From an uncultured Gemmatimonadota bacterium (lineage in GTDB: Bacteria; JAAXHH01): DNA of 64,000 bases. Under the pieces are notes generated by a model, which saw only the letters and a program-made list of their open reading frames with translations, had not been told where the DNA came from and ran no database searches. Below, piece after piece: positions 19,041 through 27,833 of this stretch (positions are counted from its first letter, which is position 1; the number at the start of each line of letters is the position of its first letter). Where the stretch lies: contig OX638340.1 in assembly GCA_951812955.1 (NCBI GenBank), positions 416,001 through 480,000 on the forward strand. The letters are read 5' to 3'. The translations under genes were made by a program, and so were the position numbers.

Positions 19041-19382
19041 TCAGGTTCCGAAGGCTTCGATAGCGCCTTCCAACGTATCGTGGACGGCGAACACGGTGGT
19101 CAACTTCGTCATCTGGAGAAGGCTGCTGACGCTGCGTGTCACCCGCGCGAGCTTGAGGTCCCCGCCGACCTTTTGCATGCGGGTGTATGCGCGGATGAGG
19201 AGACCCAGGCCCGAACTGTCGATCCAGTGCACCTTGCTCAGATCGAAGATGATCTTCCTGGAGCCATTGTCGGCCAGTTTGTTGATACGCTCGCTCAGGG
19301 CGTCGGTGTCCCTTCCCTCGGCCATGCGGCCACTCAATTCCAGCACCGTGACGTCACCGTGCTTTAATTCTCTGACTTTCAC
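19041..19382 (-). CDS. STAS-domain protein (anti-sigma-factor antagonist), second copy
   Basis: 113 aa. It has the DSSGLGLL phospho-Ser motif. It lies 32 nt upstream of the methyltransferase on the same strand. Confidence 0.8.
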   Translation of the reverse strand: MKVRELKHGDVTVLELSGRMAEGRDTDALSERINKLADNGSRKIIFDLSKVHWIDSSGLGLLIRAYTRMQKVGGDLKLARVTRSVSSLLQMTKLTTVFAVHDTLEGAIEAFGT

Positions 19383-19721
19383 TGATTCCTGCCTCTCTCA
19401 AGCGGGACCGGGGCGGAAACCTGCTGATTTCCCCGCAATCATCCCGCGATTTGAACGCTATCCCAACGACGCTTCGGCCATTCCGGGAAGGACGTTCCGT
19501 TCGTTGACCGTCGACCGGTCATTCCATGGTGTCGTGTGTCGCAAAATCCCCGAACCCGTTTAAATCCGCACGCCCATCCGCACATGCACAGGGGCAGTTG
19601 CAGGCGAAATTAGAGGGATCAAGAATGATATACCTTGACTTGGCGGGGTACTGGCGCCGGAAGAACGTCCCGCAACTCCGGAATGGGTAATCAAACCGAG
19701 CGGCATAAACGAGAACTTCCA

Positions 19722-19760
19722 CCGGATGCCACCCCAAGGGGTGAATCCGGTCTTGTCTTG
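19722..19760 (+). promoter_or_regulatory. Terminator-like hairpin plus U-tract inside the 5' leader of the RibD-C gene (candidate attenuator / riboswitch expression platform)
   Basis: ccggatgccaccccaaggggtgaatccgg forms a bipartite stem of about 11 bp. It is followed by tcttgtcttg and lies about 95 nt upstream of the start codon. A further 80 nt of structured sequence precedes it. Confidence 0.4.
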
Positions 19761-19857
19761 ATGAAATGCGCGTTGAATAATATACTGTTCAAGTTCACCT
19801 GTCAAGTCGATTTTATGGGCTGATTCCTGATTCCTCACTCGATTGGACCGACTTGAA

Positions 19858-20553
19858 ATGAAACCGGACCGACGACCCCACATCCTGCTTAATTACGCCA
19901 TGAGCCTGGACGGCAAGATCTCCACGGAGCATCGCGATCCGGTTCTATTCACGAGCAAGATAGACCGCGGGCTAATGGACGAGATCAGGGCGGACGTCGA
20001 CGCCGTACTCATCGGCGCCGGTACGCTTCGCGCAGAGGAGCCACCGGTCAGGATACGGTCAGCCAGGCGGAGGGATGAGCGCGTGCGAACCGGTAAATCG
20101 CCCCATCCCGTCTCGGTGATTCTGTCCCGCACCATGCTGCTGCCCGTCGAAGGAAGGTATTGGAAAGACGACAAGGTTGAACGGATCATCGCGACCACGA
20201 ACCAGGCGCCGGATGAGCGGATATTACCCTTTAAAGCGAAGGCGGAGGTCATCCGGTCAGGCCGGTACGCCGTGGACCTTGGTGAATTATGCCGTCTGCT
20301 GTATGACCGCGGCATATCCCGGCTACTCGTGGAAGGCGGAGGTGAGGTCAATATGGCATTCTGGGAAGCCGGGCTGGTGGACGAGGTGTACCTGACCCTG
20401 TGTCCCGTGGTGATCGGTGGGCGGAACGCGCCGACAGCGGCAGACGGTACGGGTTTCACCGTAGACTGTATCCGTAAACTCAGACTGATCGAATCCAGAC
20501 GGGTCGGGCAGGAGTTGTTTCTGCGATACCGGATGGTGCGAACCAGGTCGTAG
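19858..20553 (+). CDS. RibD C-terminal-domain reductase (dihydrofolate-reductase-like family)
   Basis: The LNYAMSLDGKI start, the LVDEVYLTLCPVVIGG motif and the length match the RibD_C/DHFR fold. The start may be TTG 19843 or ATG 19858. Confidence 0.75.
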   Translation: MKPDRRPHILLNYAMSLDGKISTEHRDPVLFTSKIDRGLMDEIRADVDAVLIGAGTLRAEEPPVRIRSARRRDERVRTGKSPHPVSVILSRTMLLPVEGRYWKDDKVERIIATTNQAPDERILPFKAKAEVIRSGRYAVDLGELCRLLYDRGISRLLVEGGGEVNMAFWEAGLVDEVYLTLCPVVIGGRNAPTAADGTGFTVDCIRKLRLIESRRVGQELFLRYRMVRTRS

Positions 20554-20595
20554 TGGGCGGTGTACCTTCCCGTGCCGGTTTCCAGACCGATAAAA

Positions 20596-21063
20596 TCACC
20601 GCAGCGTATGCACCCTGATCAAGACGGATCCGTCCTGCACTTTCAGCGTGGACTCGGCCAGGAACAGAGGGACTTCGACAGGGCCGCCGTCTGCGGTCTC
20701 GGGTTCCAGCGTCACGTCCAGCCTCGCAGGTTTCAAGCCCTCCCACGTTCCCCAGTAGATGTCGATGAAGAGACCGATGCCAAGGGTGAGCAGGATGTCG
20801 GCGATGACAACAGAAGGCAATTTGACCTTCTGCAGGACGATCCACTTCGTTTCGTAACCCGGTTTGGAGATTTCTACCAGGTGGGATTCATTCCGCGGAA
20901 GTTCGATCGTAAACGGATTCGTGTCCCGGTCGATGCGATCCGGGATCTTGATTCGGGCATCTGCCGGCGTAACGTTGATTTCCACTTTCTGCGTGTCGCC
21001 CAGGAACACCCGTCCGCATCCCGTCAAGAATACCAGTAAAAAGCATAACATCAAACGCCGCAT
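20596..21063 (-). CDS. PEGA-domain lipoprotein
   Basis: The signal peptide has a lipobox LTGC. A PEGA-like segment (ISKPGYET) is present. A GGAGG RBS precedes the ATG at 21063. Confidence 0.6.
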   Translation of the reverse strand: MRRLMLCFLLVFLTGCGRVFLGDTQKVEINVTPADARIKIPDRIDRDTNPFTIELPRNESHLVEISKPGYETKWIVLQKVKLPSVVIADILLTLGIGLFIDIYWGTWEGLKPARLDVTLEPETADGGPVEVPLFLAESTLKVQDGSVLIRVHTLR

Positions 21064-21194
21064 CGATTTCCTCCGATTACTAAGTTTGGTAAAACATGCC
21101 ATTCATCCGTAGGGATGCGCACGTCCAGACCAGAACGAATGCGCACATCACGTCCAGTACGGATGCTTCATCATGATCGGAACGGTTACGCACA

Positions 21195-22160
21195 TCACGT
21201 CCAGTTCGTGTACGGCGGAAGCGGCCAGTCCGCTTCCCGGCCGATGGCTAAAGCTCGCATCCGTTCGTCGGCGGTAAGGGGCGGTACGCAGTCCGCTCCG
21301 GCATTTTCCTCGAGCTGCGCGCGATTCTTCGCACCGGGTATCACCGAGGTCACGCCCGGGGTATCCAGCACGAACCGGAGCGCGGCCTGCACCATGGTGC
21401 GTTTACCTCCCGCAACCAGAAAAGACAGTTCCGACAGTTTTCTCAGCGCGGAATGGATTCGGGGATTGTCGAAACGCTCGTGCCGGCGGTCCTGCGTATC
21501 GAGCCGGGACAATGAATCGAAGTACTTGCCGGTCAGCGCGCCTTGCGCAAGGGGCACGCGAATTAGCGTACCCAGGTTTTCCTCTGCCGCGAACCGCAAT
21601 CCCGCATTTCCCACCGGATTGACGATGCTGTAGCCGATCTGCGCCATCGCGAGGTCGCCCAGCGCCATCAGGGACCGCATGACTTCCGTCTCGTACGTCG
21701 AGATGCCGAAACACCGGATCTTGCCTTCTTCGACCAGCCGCGTTAACGCCTCCACGATCGCAGGCATGTCGGCCTCGTCCGGCTCTCCGTGCAACTGGTA
21801 GACGTCGATGTATTCGGTCTGAAGCCGTTCCAGGCTTCCCTCGCAATTCCGTGCGATGTAACGCTGTATCGACTCGTCCGGATCGTCCGTCCTGGGGGCC
21901 ACCTTGGTTGCGATTACGTAGCGTTCGCGTCTGCCCCGGAGTGCTCGGCCGATGATCCGCTCGCTATGGCCGGCTCCATACCCGTTGGCCGTGTCCAGCA
22001 GGTTGATTCCAAGCGATTCCGCGTGCTGTATGGTGGCGATGGACTCATCGTCGTCGATGCCCGACCAGTTCGCTCCGCCGGCCATGCCGGCCATGGGCCA
22101 GCAGCCCAGGCCGATACACGACACCTCGATTCCCGTCTTTCCCAGAACTCGGTACTCCAA
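21195..22160 (-). CDS. Aldo/keto reductase
   Basis: 321 aa. The AKR signature (LGCW...DTANGYG...GHSE) and C-terminal NADP-binding motifs are present. Confidence 0.85.
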   Translation of the reverse strand: MEYRVLGKTGIEVSCIGLGCWPMAGMAGGANWSGIDDDESIATIQHAESLGINLLDTANGYGAGHSERIIGRALRGRRERYVIATKVAPRTDDPDESIQRYIARNCEGSLERLQTEYIDVYQLHGEPDEADMPAIVEALTRLVEEGKIRCFGISTYETEVMRSLMALGDLAMAQIGYSIVNPVGNAGLRFAAEENLGTLIRVPLAQGALTGKYFDSLSRLDTQDRRHERFDNPRIHSALRKLSELSFLVAGGKRTMVQAALRFVLDTPGVTSVIPGAKNRAQLEENAGADCVPPLTADERMRALAIGREADWPLPPYTNWT

Positions 22161-22314
22161 TGATCTAACGTCCCTCCTGCAACCAGAGTTTCATTACTGG
22201 CCGAACAGCCGGGGCCGACGGACGAAATTTCAATGGTGGCCGAACAACCGCGGCCGCCAGACGAAGACACGCAGCCAGACAGAAACGCGCAGCCAACCGA
22301 TCAACCCCGGCTGA

Positions 22315-24654
22315 TCAACGCGGCATGATCGTAAGCCGATGCCCCGCAATGCCTTCCACCGCTTCTCGACTGAACGCCAGCGGAAGATATTCGTCCTCCG
22401 CCCAGGTTTCCAGCAGGCTGCCGTAGTATGGGCTTTCCGGCTGACCCGACTGACCCGGCGTGATGATGAAGACCGAGCGGTCCCAGTCGTCGGTGTCCAG
22501 GATATGGCGGAAGCTCACCGACGTGGCGGCGATGGTGCCGTAGCCACCGGACCGCTCCACGGCGGGCAATGAGAAGGCGTCCGTCACGAGATGGGTGAAT
22601 GGGCTTCTCTGCAGCCGACCGTACCGCCACTGGTCCCAGTTCTCCCCCAGTTCCCCTTTCAACCGGTCCACGGTCTTGCGCAGGCCTGCTTCGATGAGCG
22701 GCTGTCGTTCCTCAGTTGGAGTCTCCGGATCGAATGCGGCCGATTCGGCTTCGCCCCGCCAGCGGTACCACACTGCCGCGCCGGCGCTGTCCCGGTCCAG
22801 CACGCCATTCCAGCCTGCGACCAGTCCGCGGGCCCGTTCGACTTCGGCGTCGTCCGACACCCAGCCTCGGAACGACGGGATATCTGCCTCTGCGCGCAGC
22901 GAATAGGCGTCCAACTGGATACGCTTGTGGTCGTCGACGGTGTACTTGCGGTTGGATTGCAGCAGTTGCTTCATGCGTTCTATCCGGGAGTATTCGACGC
23001 CTCGCGAGGAGTGGAACATGACCGGCCGGCCCTCGTAGTCCGGCGGGTGGGAATCGTTGTTCGCGGACCCTACCCAGCCGCGCTGGGGGTTGTACTCCCG
23101 GGGCAAGTCTTCCCTAAACCCCTGCCACTCGTATCGCCCGTCACCCGGGACCGGCAGCCGGCCATTCCATCCGTCTCGGTCCGGCGTAAGGGCCGAGACC
23201 TGGAAGGCGATATTGCCCTCCACGTCGCCGAATACCAGGTTGTGGGTAGGCACCTTCCAGAACATGGCGCGTTCGAAAAAGTCCTCCGCGCTCTCCGCCT
23301 GGGCCATGCGGAAGCATCCCAGGTAGGGGGCCGTGCCCGGTTCGTGGGTGATGGAACGCACGGCGTAGGCCACGCCGTTGTCCGGGTCCTCGTAGAACAC
23401 CGGTCCGTGCCGGCTATACTTGAGCACGACCTCGCGGGGCTCTTCGCCCTTCACCGGGATCTCCTCCCGAATGACGCGGAGAGGTTCCCAGCCGTCCTGC
23501 CACCGCACCATGTCGGGCTGGTCCGGGTGCAGCGCTTCCACGTACACGTCGTTCACGTCGACCCCCGCGAAGGTGAATCCCCAGGCGACCCGGTCGTTGT
23601 GTCCGGCGTTCACGCCCACGAAGGGCGGCTCGCTCGCTCCGATCATGTTCCAGCCCGGGGCGTTCAGATGGGCATAGTATCTCAGCGACGGATTCTCGAG
23701 CCGGCGGTGGGGATCGTTGACGACCATGACCTGGCCCGTGATGGACAGGGCGCCGCTTACGGCCCAGTTGTTGCTGCCGATCTCGAGCAACTGCTCTTCC
23801 GTGGGCGCTTCGGCCTGGCGGTCCGCGGGTACAAGACCTGTATACGGCTCGACGAGTTCAAGCTGCGGAAGCCGTCCGGGCACCAGGGGATCACCCTCCC
23901 CTTTTCGCATCGCGGCCACGATATCCTCATGGACGAGGGTCACGTCCAGTCCTTCTGGCACCACGAGGTCATCCCACGGCAATGGCGCCGCCCGGCGATT
24001 GGCCTCCTCGACGCCGAGTTCCGCCACGGACCGGGCCAGCCGGATCTCGTCCCCGGCGTCGTTTCCCGCGCTTGGGAAGAAGAGTCCGGTCCAGCGCCGC
24101 ACCACGGTCTCTTTGGTCCACCGGCCGGGCTGAATGCCCGTCAGCTTGAACTCCACCGGCAGGTTGTCGGCATGCGCGTCTATAAACGCGTTGACGCCGT
24201 TTGCGTAGGCGGTGAAGATCCGCTCGCCCTCGGCGTGGTAGCTTGTCCATTCGCGCTCGTCAAAGGGGCCGCGGTACATCATGAGCCGCGTGCGGGCATC
24301 ATAGTCGAAGGCCTCGGGACCAAAGATCTCCGCGAGACGTCCCTCCCGCCACCGGCGCCACAGCTCCATCTGCCACAGGCGGTCCTGGGCCATCACGTAA
24401 CCCTGGGCGAAGAAGAGGTCGTCCGTGTTCTGCGCGTAGATGTGCGGAATGCCGTGCTGATCGCGGATCACTTCCACCGGCTCGTTCAGACCATCCAGCG
24501 CCAGTTCGCCCTCGATCTGGGAGAGGGATTCGCGGGCCAAGGACAGAAGCTGCTCGTCGGAATCAGCCATTTCGACCTCCTCGCCGCATCCCGTGATCAT
24601 CAGGGGAACAACGAAAAGCACCGCGCAAAAGTAGATGAAGTGAGAAATCGTCAT
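22315..24654 (-). CDS. Penicillin acylase family Ntn-hydrolase (penicillin amidase / AHL-acylase-like)
   Basis: 779 aa with a signal peptide. The beta-subunit N-terminal nucleophile motif GSNNWAVSG is characteristic of the PGA/PvdQ family. Confidence 0.85.
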   Translation of the reverse strand: MTISHFIYFCAVLFVVPLMITGCGEEVEMADSDEQLLSLARESLSQIEGELALDGLNEPVEVIRDQHGIPHIYAQNTDDLFFAQGYVMAQDRLWQMELWRRWREGRLAEIFGPEAFDYDARTRLMMYRGPFDEREWTSYHAEGERIFTAYANGVNAFIDAHADNLPVEFKLTGIQPGRWTKETVVRRWTGLFFPSAGNDAGDEIRLARSVAELGVEEANRRAAPLPWDDLVVPEGLDVTLVHEDIVAAMRKGEGDPLVPGRLPQLELVEPYTGLVPADRQAEAPTEEQLLEIGSNNWAVSGALSITGQVMVVNDPHRRLENPSLRYYAHLNAPGWNMIGASEPPFVGVNAGHNDRVAWGFTFAGVDVNDVYVEALHPDQPDMVRWQDGWEPLRVIREEIPVKGEEPREVVLKYSRHGPVFYEDPDNGVAYAVRSITHEPGTAPYLGCFRMAQAESAEDFFERAMFWKVPTHNLVFGDVEGNIAFQVSALTPDRDGWNGRLPVPGDGRYEWQGFREDLPREYNPQRGWVGSANNDSHPPDYEGRPVMFHSSRGVEYSRIERMKQLLQSNRKYTVDDHKRIQLDAYSLRAEADIPSFRGWVSDDAEVERARGLVAGWNGVLDRDSAGAAVWYRWRGEAESAAFDPETPTEERQPLIEAGLRKTVDRLKGELGENWDQWRYGRLQRSPFTHLVTDAFSLPAVERSGGYGTIAATSVSFRHILDTDDWDRSVFIITPGQSGQPESPYYGSLLETWAEDEYLPLAFSREAVEGIAGHRLTIMPR

Positions 24655-24811
24655 GAATGGCTCCTCCTGCTATCCACTTTCGGATTGCTCGTTTCAACAC
24701 ACTTGAATCAAGTCGTATCACCAGGCTGCTCACCGTCGGTGAAACGGCCGTTACGGTAGACAAACATCCTACCACGAGGACGCATGGTTGTCAAGCAACC
24801 CGGGGCCTTGA

Positions 24812-25768
24812 TCAATCGCGCAGCTCCGCCCGGATGCGGTCGGCCAGCCTCATCGTCTCCACAGCCTCCTCCAGCCCCGCCGCGGGCAGATCCACGGGCC
24901 GGTCCTCCTTGATGCAGTCGATGAGGAAGCGGGCCTGTTCGGCCGTTCCGGCGGATTCCACCGTGTCGAGCACTTCTTCTTTGCCGTCCCGCTGTACCAC
25001 TGCTCTCTTCACGCCTTCCAGGTAGGCCGAACAGTCCCTGCCGTGGATTTCATAGCGCTCCAGGCGGGCGTCCGTCGTGAAATTGGCTGTGAGCTGGGCC
25101 ACGCACCCATTTTCGAATCGTAAGAGCGCCGCGTAGACGTCGACATATCGAGAATGAGCCCTGCGGGCGACGGCATGGACTTCGGCGATGGGAGAACTGC
25201 CCGCCAGGGACCGGGTCAGGTCGATGGCGTGGATCGGCGTCTCGTAGATGAAGTTGTCCAGCAGATGGTCTGGGAAGGGCCGTTCACGCAGGCGCGTCAT
25301 GCTCTTGTGAAATTCCGCCACGATCTGGGTGACGGGTCCCCGCTCCTCGATCATGCCTCGGGCCTTGCAGATCAGGGAATGGAACCGGCGGTTCCAGCCG
25401 ACCAGCACCTTCGCTCCGGATGCGTTGGCGGCGTCGCGGAGCCCCTCGGCTTCCGCGCCCGACAGGCCGGGCGGCTTTTCAATGAGCGCGTGCACACCGG
25501 CCTGTATGACGGGCAGCGCGCATTGGCCGTTCAGGTGGGCCGGCGTCGCGACTACCGCCAGGTCCAGATCTTCCATCGACAGCATGTCCTCGATATCTTC
25601 GTATCGCCGCGGGACTGCGTTTTCCTCAGCCACCCGGTCGCGCAGTTCCTTCACCGGATCGCACACGGCCACGAACCGCAGGTCGTCGAAGGTCTTCATG
25701 GTCTCGAGATGACCGCGACCCCGCCCTCCGCATCCGATCAGGGCGGCTTTTAAGACTGTTTCCGGCAT
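24812..25768 (-). CDS. Gfo/Idh/MocA-family NAD(P)-dependent oxidoreductase
   Basis: An N-terminal Rossmann motif (KAALIGCGGRGRGH) and an EKP motif (LIEKPPGL) are present. The ATG at 25768 has a GGAG RBS. The track's TTG 25831 adds an atypical extension. Confidence 0.8.
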   Translation of the reverse strand: MPETVLKAALIGCGGRGRGHLETMKTFDDLRFVAVCDPVKELRDRVAEENAVPRRYEDIEDMLSMEDLDLAVVATPAHLNGQCALPVIQAGVHALIEKPPGLSGAEAEGLRDAANASGAKVLVGWNRRFHSLICKARGMIEERGPVTQIVAEFHKSMTRLRERPFPDHLLDNFIYETPIHAIDLTRSLAGSSPIAEVHAVARRAHSRYVDVYAALLRFENGCVAQLTANFTTDARLERYEIHGRDCSAYLEGVKRAVVQRDGKEEVLDTVESAGTAEQARFLIDCIKEDRPVDLPAAGLEEAVETMRLADRIRAELRD

Positions 25769-25847
25769 TTGGGTTGCTCCGGTTGCGGTGGTGAGCATCC
25801 TCTGCGAAGCGTATATTACTATAAGTTGCAATCACCACGGTATATTG

Positions 25848-25911
25848 CTTGACGCGTGCAATGCTAGACGCGTGCAATGATTGACGCATGCTTTGCTTGA
25901 CGCGTGCAATG
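25848..25911. promoter_or_regulatory. Four tandem 16-bp repeats (YTWGACGCRTGCWWTG), a candidate operator array in a divergent promoter
   Basis: cttgacgcgtgcaatg / ctagacgcgtgcaatg / attgacgcatgctttg / cttgacgcgtgcaatg are phased 16 bp apart. Each has a partial palindrome centred on ACGCGT. The array lies between the Gfo/Idh/MocA gene (minus) and the PhyH gene (plus). Confidence 0.5.
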
Positions 25912-25964
25912 TATCGCCATTTCTTCTGCAAGTAAACCCACCATTATCGAACGGTGATTCCTGC

Positions 25965-26702
25965 ATGCTGGATCTCGACTTTTTCAGGCAAAACGGATAC
26001 GTCAACCTCGGCCGGGTTTTCGTTGGCGAGGAATTGAACCGTTTTGTCGAACTGTACGACCAGGACCGGTCGAATCGGGGTTGCTTCTGGCATCCCATTT
26101 CCAATCACGGCCACCAGACCCTGAACTGCGAGCCCCTGATCTCCTCGCCGGAGATCGACGGACTGATCCGCCACCCCAAGTTAATCAAACCGATCGAGAC
26201 CATTTTCCAGGGCCCCAGCTGTCTCGGTGAAGTCTGCCTGCGCCACATGGTCCCGCGCGACGGCGAACCGGAGGAGATCTGGCACCGGGACCGGCCGCAT
26301 GCGAAGGACCGGCCCTACCGGTGCGGCTTCCTGCAGATGATGCTCTACCTGACCGACGTGCACGAGGGCACGCACTGCTTTTCAATCTCTCCCGAGCCCT
26401 GCGACGGTCCTGTGCTCGATACAAAAGAGCAGCTCGACCAGCGGGGCGCGGTCCATCTGCACGGACCGGCCGGTACCGTCATTCTCTTCAACCTTTCCGT
26501 GCTGCACGCCGCAACGGTTCGGATCACCCCGCACGAACGCAAGACCGTCCAGATCTACTACGGCCATCGCGATGGTCCTGTGCTGAGCGACTGTACTTTG
26601 ATTCCCACTAGTTTCTGGCGGGACCATCCCGACCCCGAGGTGCGGGGTTTCTACGGCCTGATGACCAGCCGTTCCAGGCAATATGCCGAGGCCTTTGGCT
26701 GA
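25965..26702 (+). CDS. Phytanoyl-CoA dioxygenase (PhyH) family Fe(II)/2-oxoglutarate oxygenase
   Basis: The WHRD...H facial-triad-like arrangement and PhyH-like length are present. The track's start at 25881 would overlap the repeat array, so ATG 25965 is preferred. Confidence 0.65.
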   Translation: MLDLDFFRQNGYVNLGRVFVGEELNRFVELYDQDRSNRGCFWHPISNHGHQTLNCEPLISSPEIDGLIRHPKLIKPIETIFQGPSCLGEVCLRHMVPRDGEPEEIWHRDRPHAKDRPYRCGFLQMMLYLTDVHEGTHCFSISPEPCDGPVLDTKEQLDQRGAVHLHGPAGTVILFNLSVLHAATVRITPHERKTVQIYYGHRDGPVLSDCTLIPTSFWRDHPDPEVRGFYGLMTSRSRQYAEAFG

Positions 26703-26777
26703 GTCATGGGTAGAATCAATGGCCAGGATGGGACCGTCTGTTGAGGTTGGTACAAACTGGCACAAATTGGAGAGCGA

Positions 26778-27833
26778 ATGTCGAATAAACGTCCTCAGGT
26801 ACTCATCGCATGCAGCGAACGCGTCCGAAATGGATACATGCCGCCAAAGGAACTGGCCCGTCTCGAGGAGTTTGCCGATTGGACATGGTTCCACTGCGAG
26901 GGCGGCGGGATCTACGATACCAGTTCGGATCCCGAGACCACGGTGCAACTGGCGAAGGAAATGGCCGGGGTGGACGCGCTCGTCGTCTGCCACGGCGCGC
27001 CGAGGGTTGGCGCCGAAGTCCTGGATGCCGCGCCGCGGCTCCGTTTTGTCGGCGAACTGGAAGGAGACCGTTTCGCCGCGCGGCTTGACCTGGAATCGAT
27101 GTGGTCCCGTGGCATCAGCACGATAGATACGACCAACGGCTCCACCTATCCGGTAGCGGAATGGGCCCTGGGGCTGACGCTGATCTCCATGCGCAATGCC
27201 GGGGCACTCTTTCGTAGGATCATCGAACGCAATACGCAGGATCGTGATCTCATTCAGCCCATGGCGGGCATCCTTACCGGCAAAAGAGTGGGATTGATCG
27301 GCGGCGGGCACATGGGACGGCGGCTGATGAAGCTGCTACGACCCTTCGATGTGGAATTGTGGGTCCATGATCCGTACCTGCCGCAGGAATTGCCCGAAGC
27401 GCTGGGATTCCTGCAGACCTCGCTGGACAATGTGCTTTCCAAGTGCAACGCGATCATCTGCGTGGCGCCCCTCACGCCGAAGACCCAGGGCATGATCGGG
27501 CAGCGCGAACTGGACCTCATCCCTTCTGGCTCGGTGTTCGTGAATGTTTCGCGGGGGCCGATCGTCGACTCGGCAGCCCTGATCGAGCGCCTCAAGCGCA
27601 ATGATATCGCCGCGGGGCTGGACGTTTTCGATCCGGAGCCCATCCCCGAAGACAGCGAAATCATCGGCCTGCCCAATGTTTTCCTGACACCCCACTTCTC
27701 CGGACGCACGGGTGAAGAATACCCCCACTTCTTCGGCTTCATGGTCGATGAACTGGAACGGTTCTTCTCCGGTCACGAGACCTGGTTCAACCTGACGCCG
27801 CGATCGAAAGCCAACCGCGAGGGACAATCGTGA
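26778..27833 (+). CDS. D-isomer-specific 2-hydroxyacid dehydrogenase family protein (NAD-binding)
   Basis: The GLIGGGHMGRR Rossmann motif is present. The catalytic region has the conserved R, E/D, H arrangement (VNVSRGPIVD...HFSG). Confidence 0.8.
   Translation: MSNKRPQVLIACSERVRNGYMPPKELARLEEFADWTWFHCEGGGIYDTSSDPETTVQLAKEMAGVDALVVCHGAPRVGAEVLDAAPRLRFVGELEGDRFAARLDLESMWSRGISTIDTTNGSTYPVAEWALGLTLISMRNAGALFRRIIERNTQDRDLIQPMAGILTGKRVGLIGGGHMGRRLMKLLRPFDVELWVHDPYLPQELPEALGFLQTSLDNVLSKCNAIICVAPLTPKTQGMIGQRELDLIPSGSVFVNVSRGPIVDSAALIERLKRNDIAAGLDVFDPEPIPEDSEIIGLPNVFLTPHFSGRTGEEYPHFFGFMVDELERFFSGHETWFNLTPRSKANREGQS

Noticed and set aside
19640-19760. ZTP (pfl) riboswitch upstream of the RibD-C/DHFR-family gene
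   Set aside because: ACUGGCGCC and CCACCGG elements are present. However, I could not find the conserved 3' pseudoknot strand (CGCCUGGGCA) or a GGUGG P2 partner. It is kept only as an unclassified leader/attenuator candidate pending a covariance-model search.
22591-24759. 722-aa plus-strand ORF antisense to the penicillin-acylase gene
   Set aside because: The minus-strand frame carries the unmistakable Ntn-hydrolase GSNNWAV motif and a signal peptide. The plus-strand product is Arg/Gly/Pro-rich with no motifs, a typical high-GC antisense ORF.
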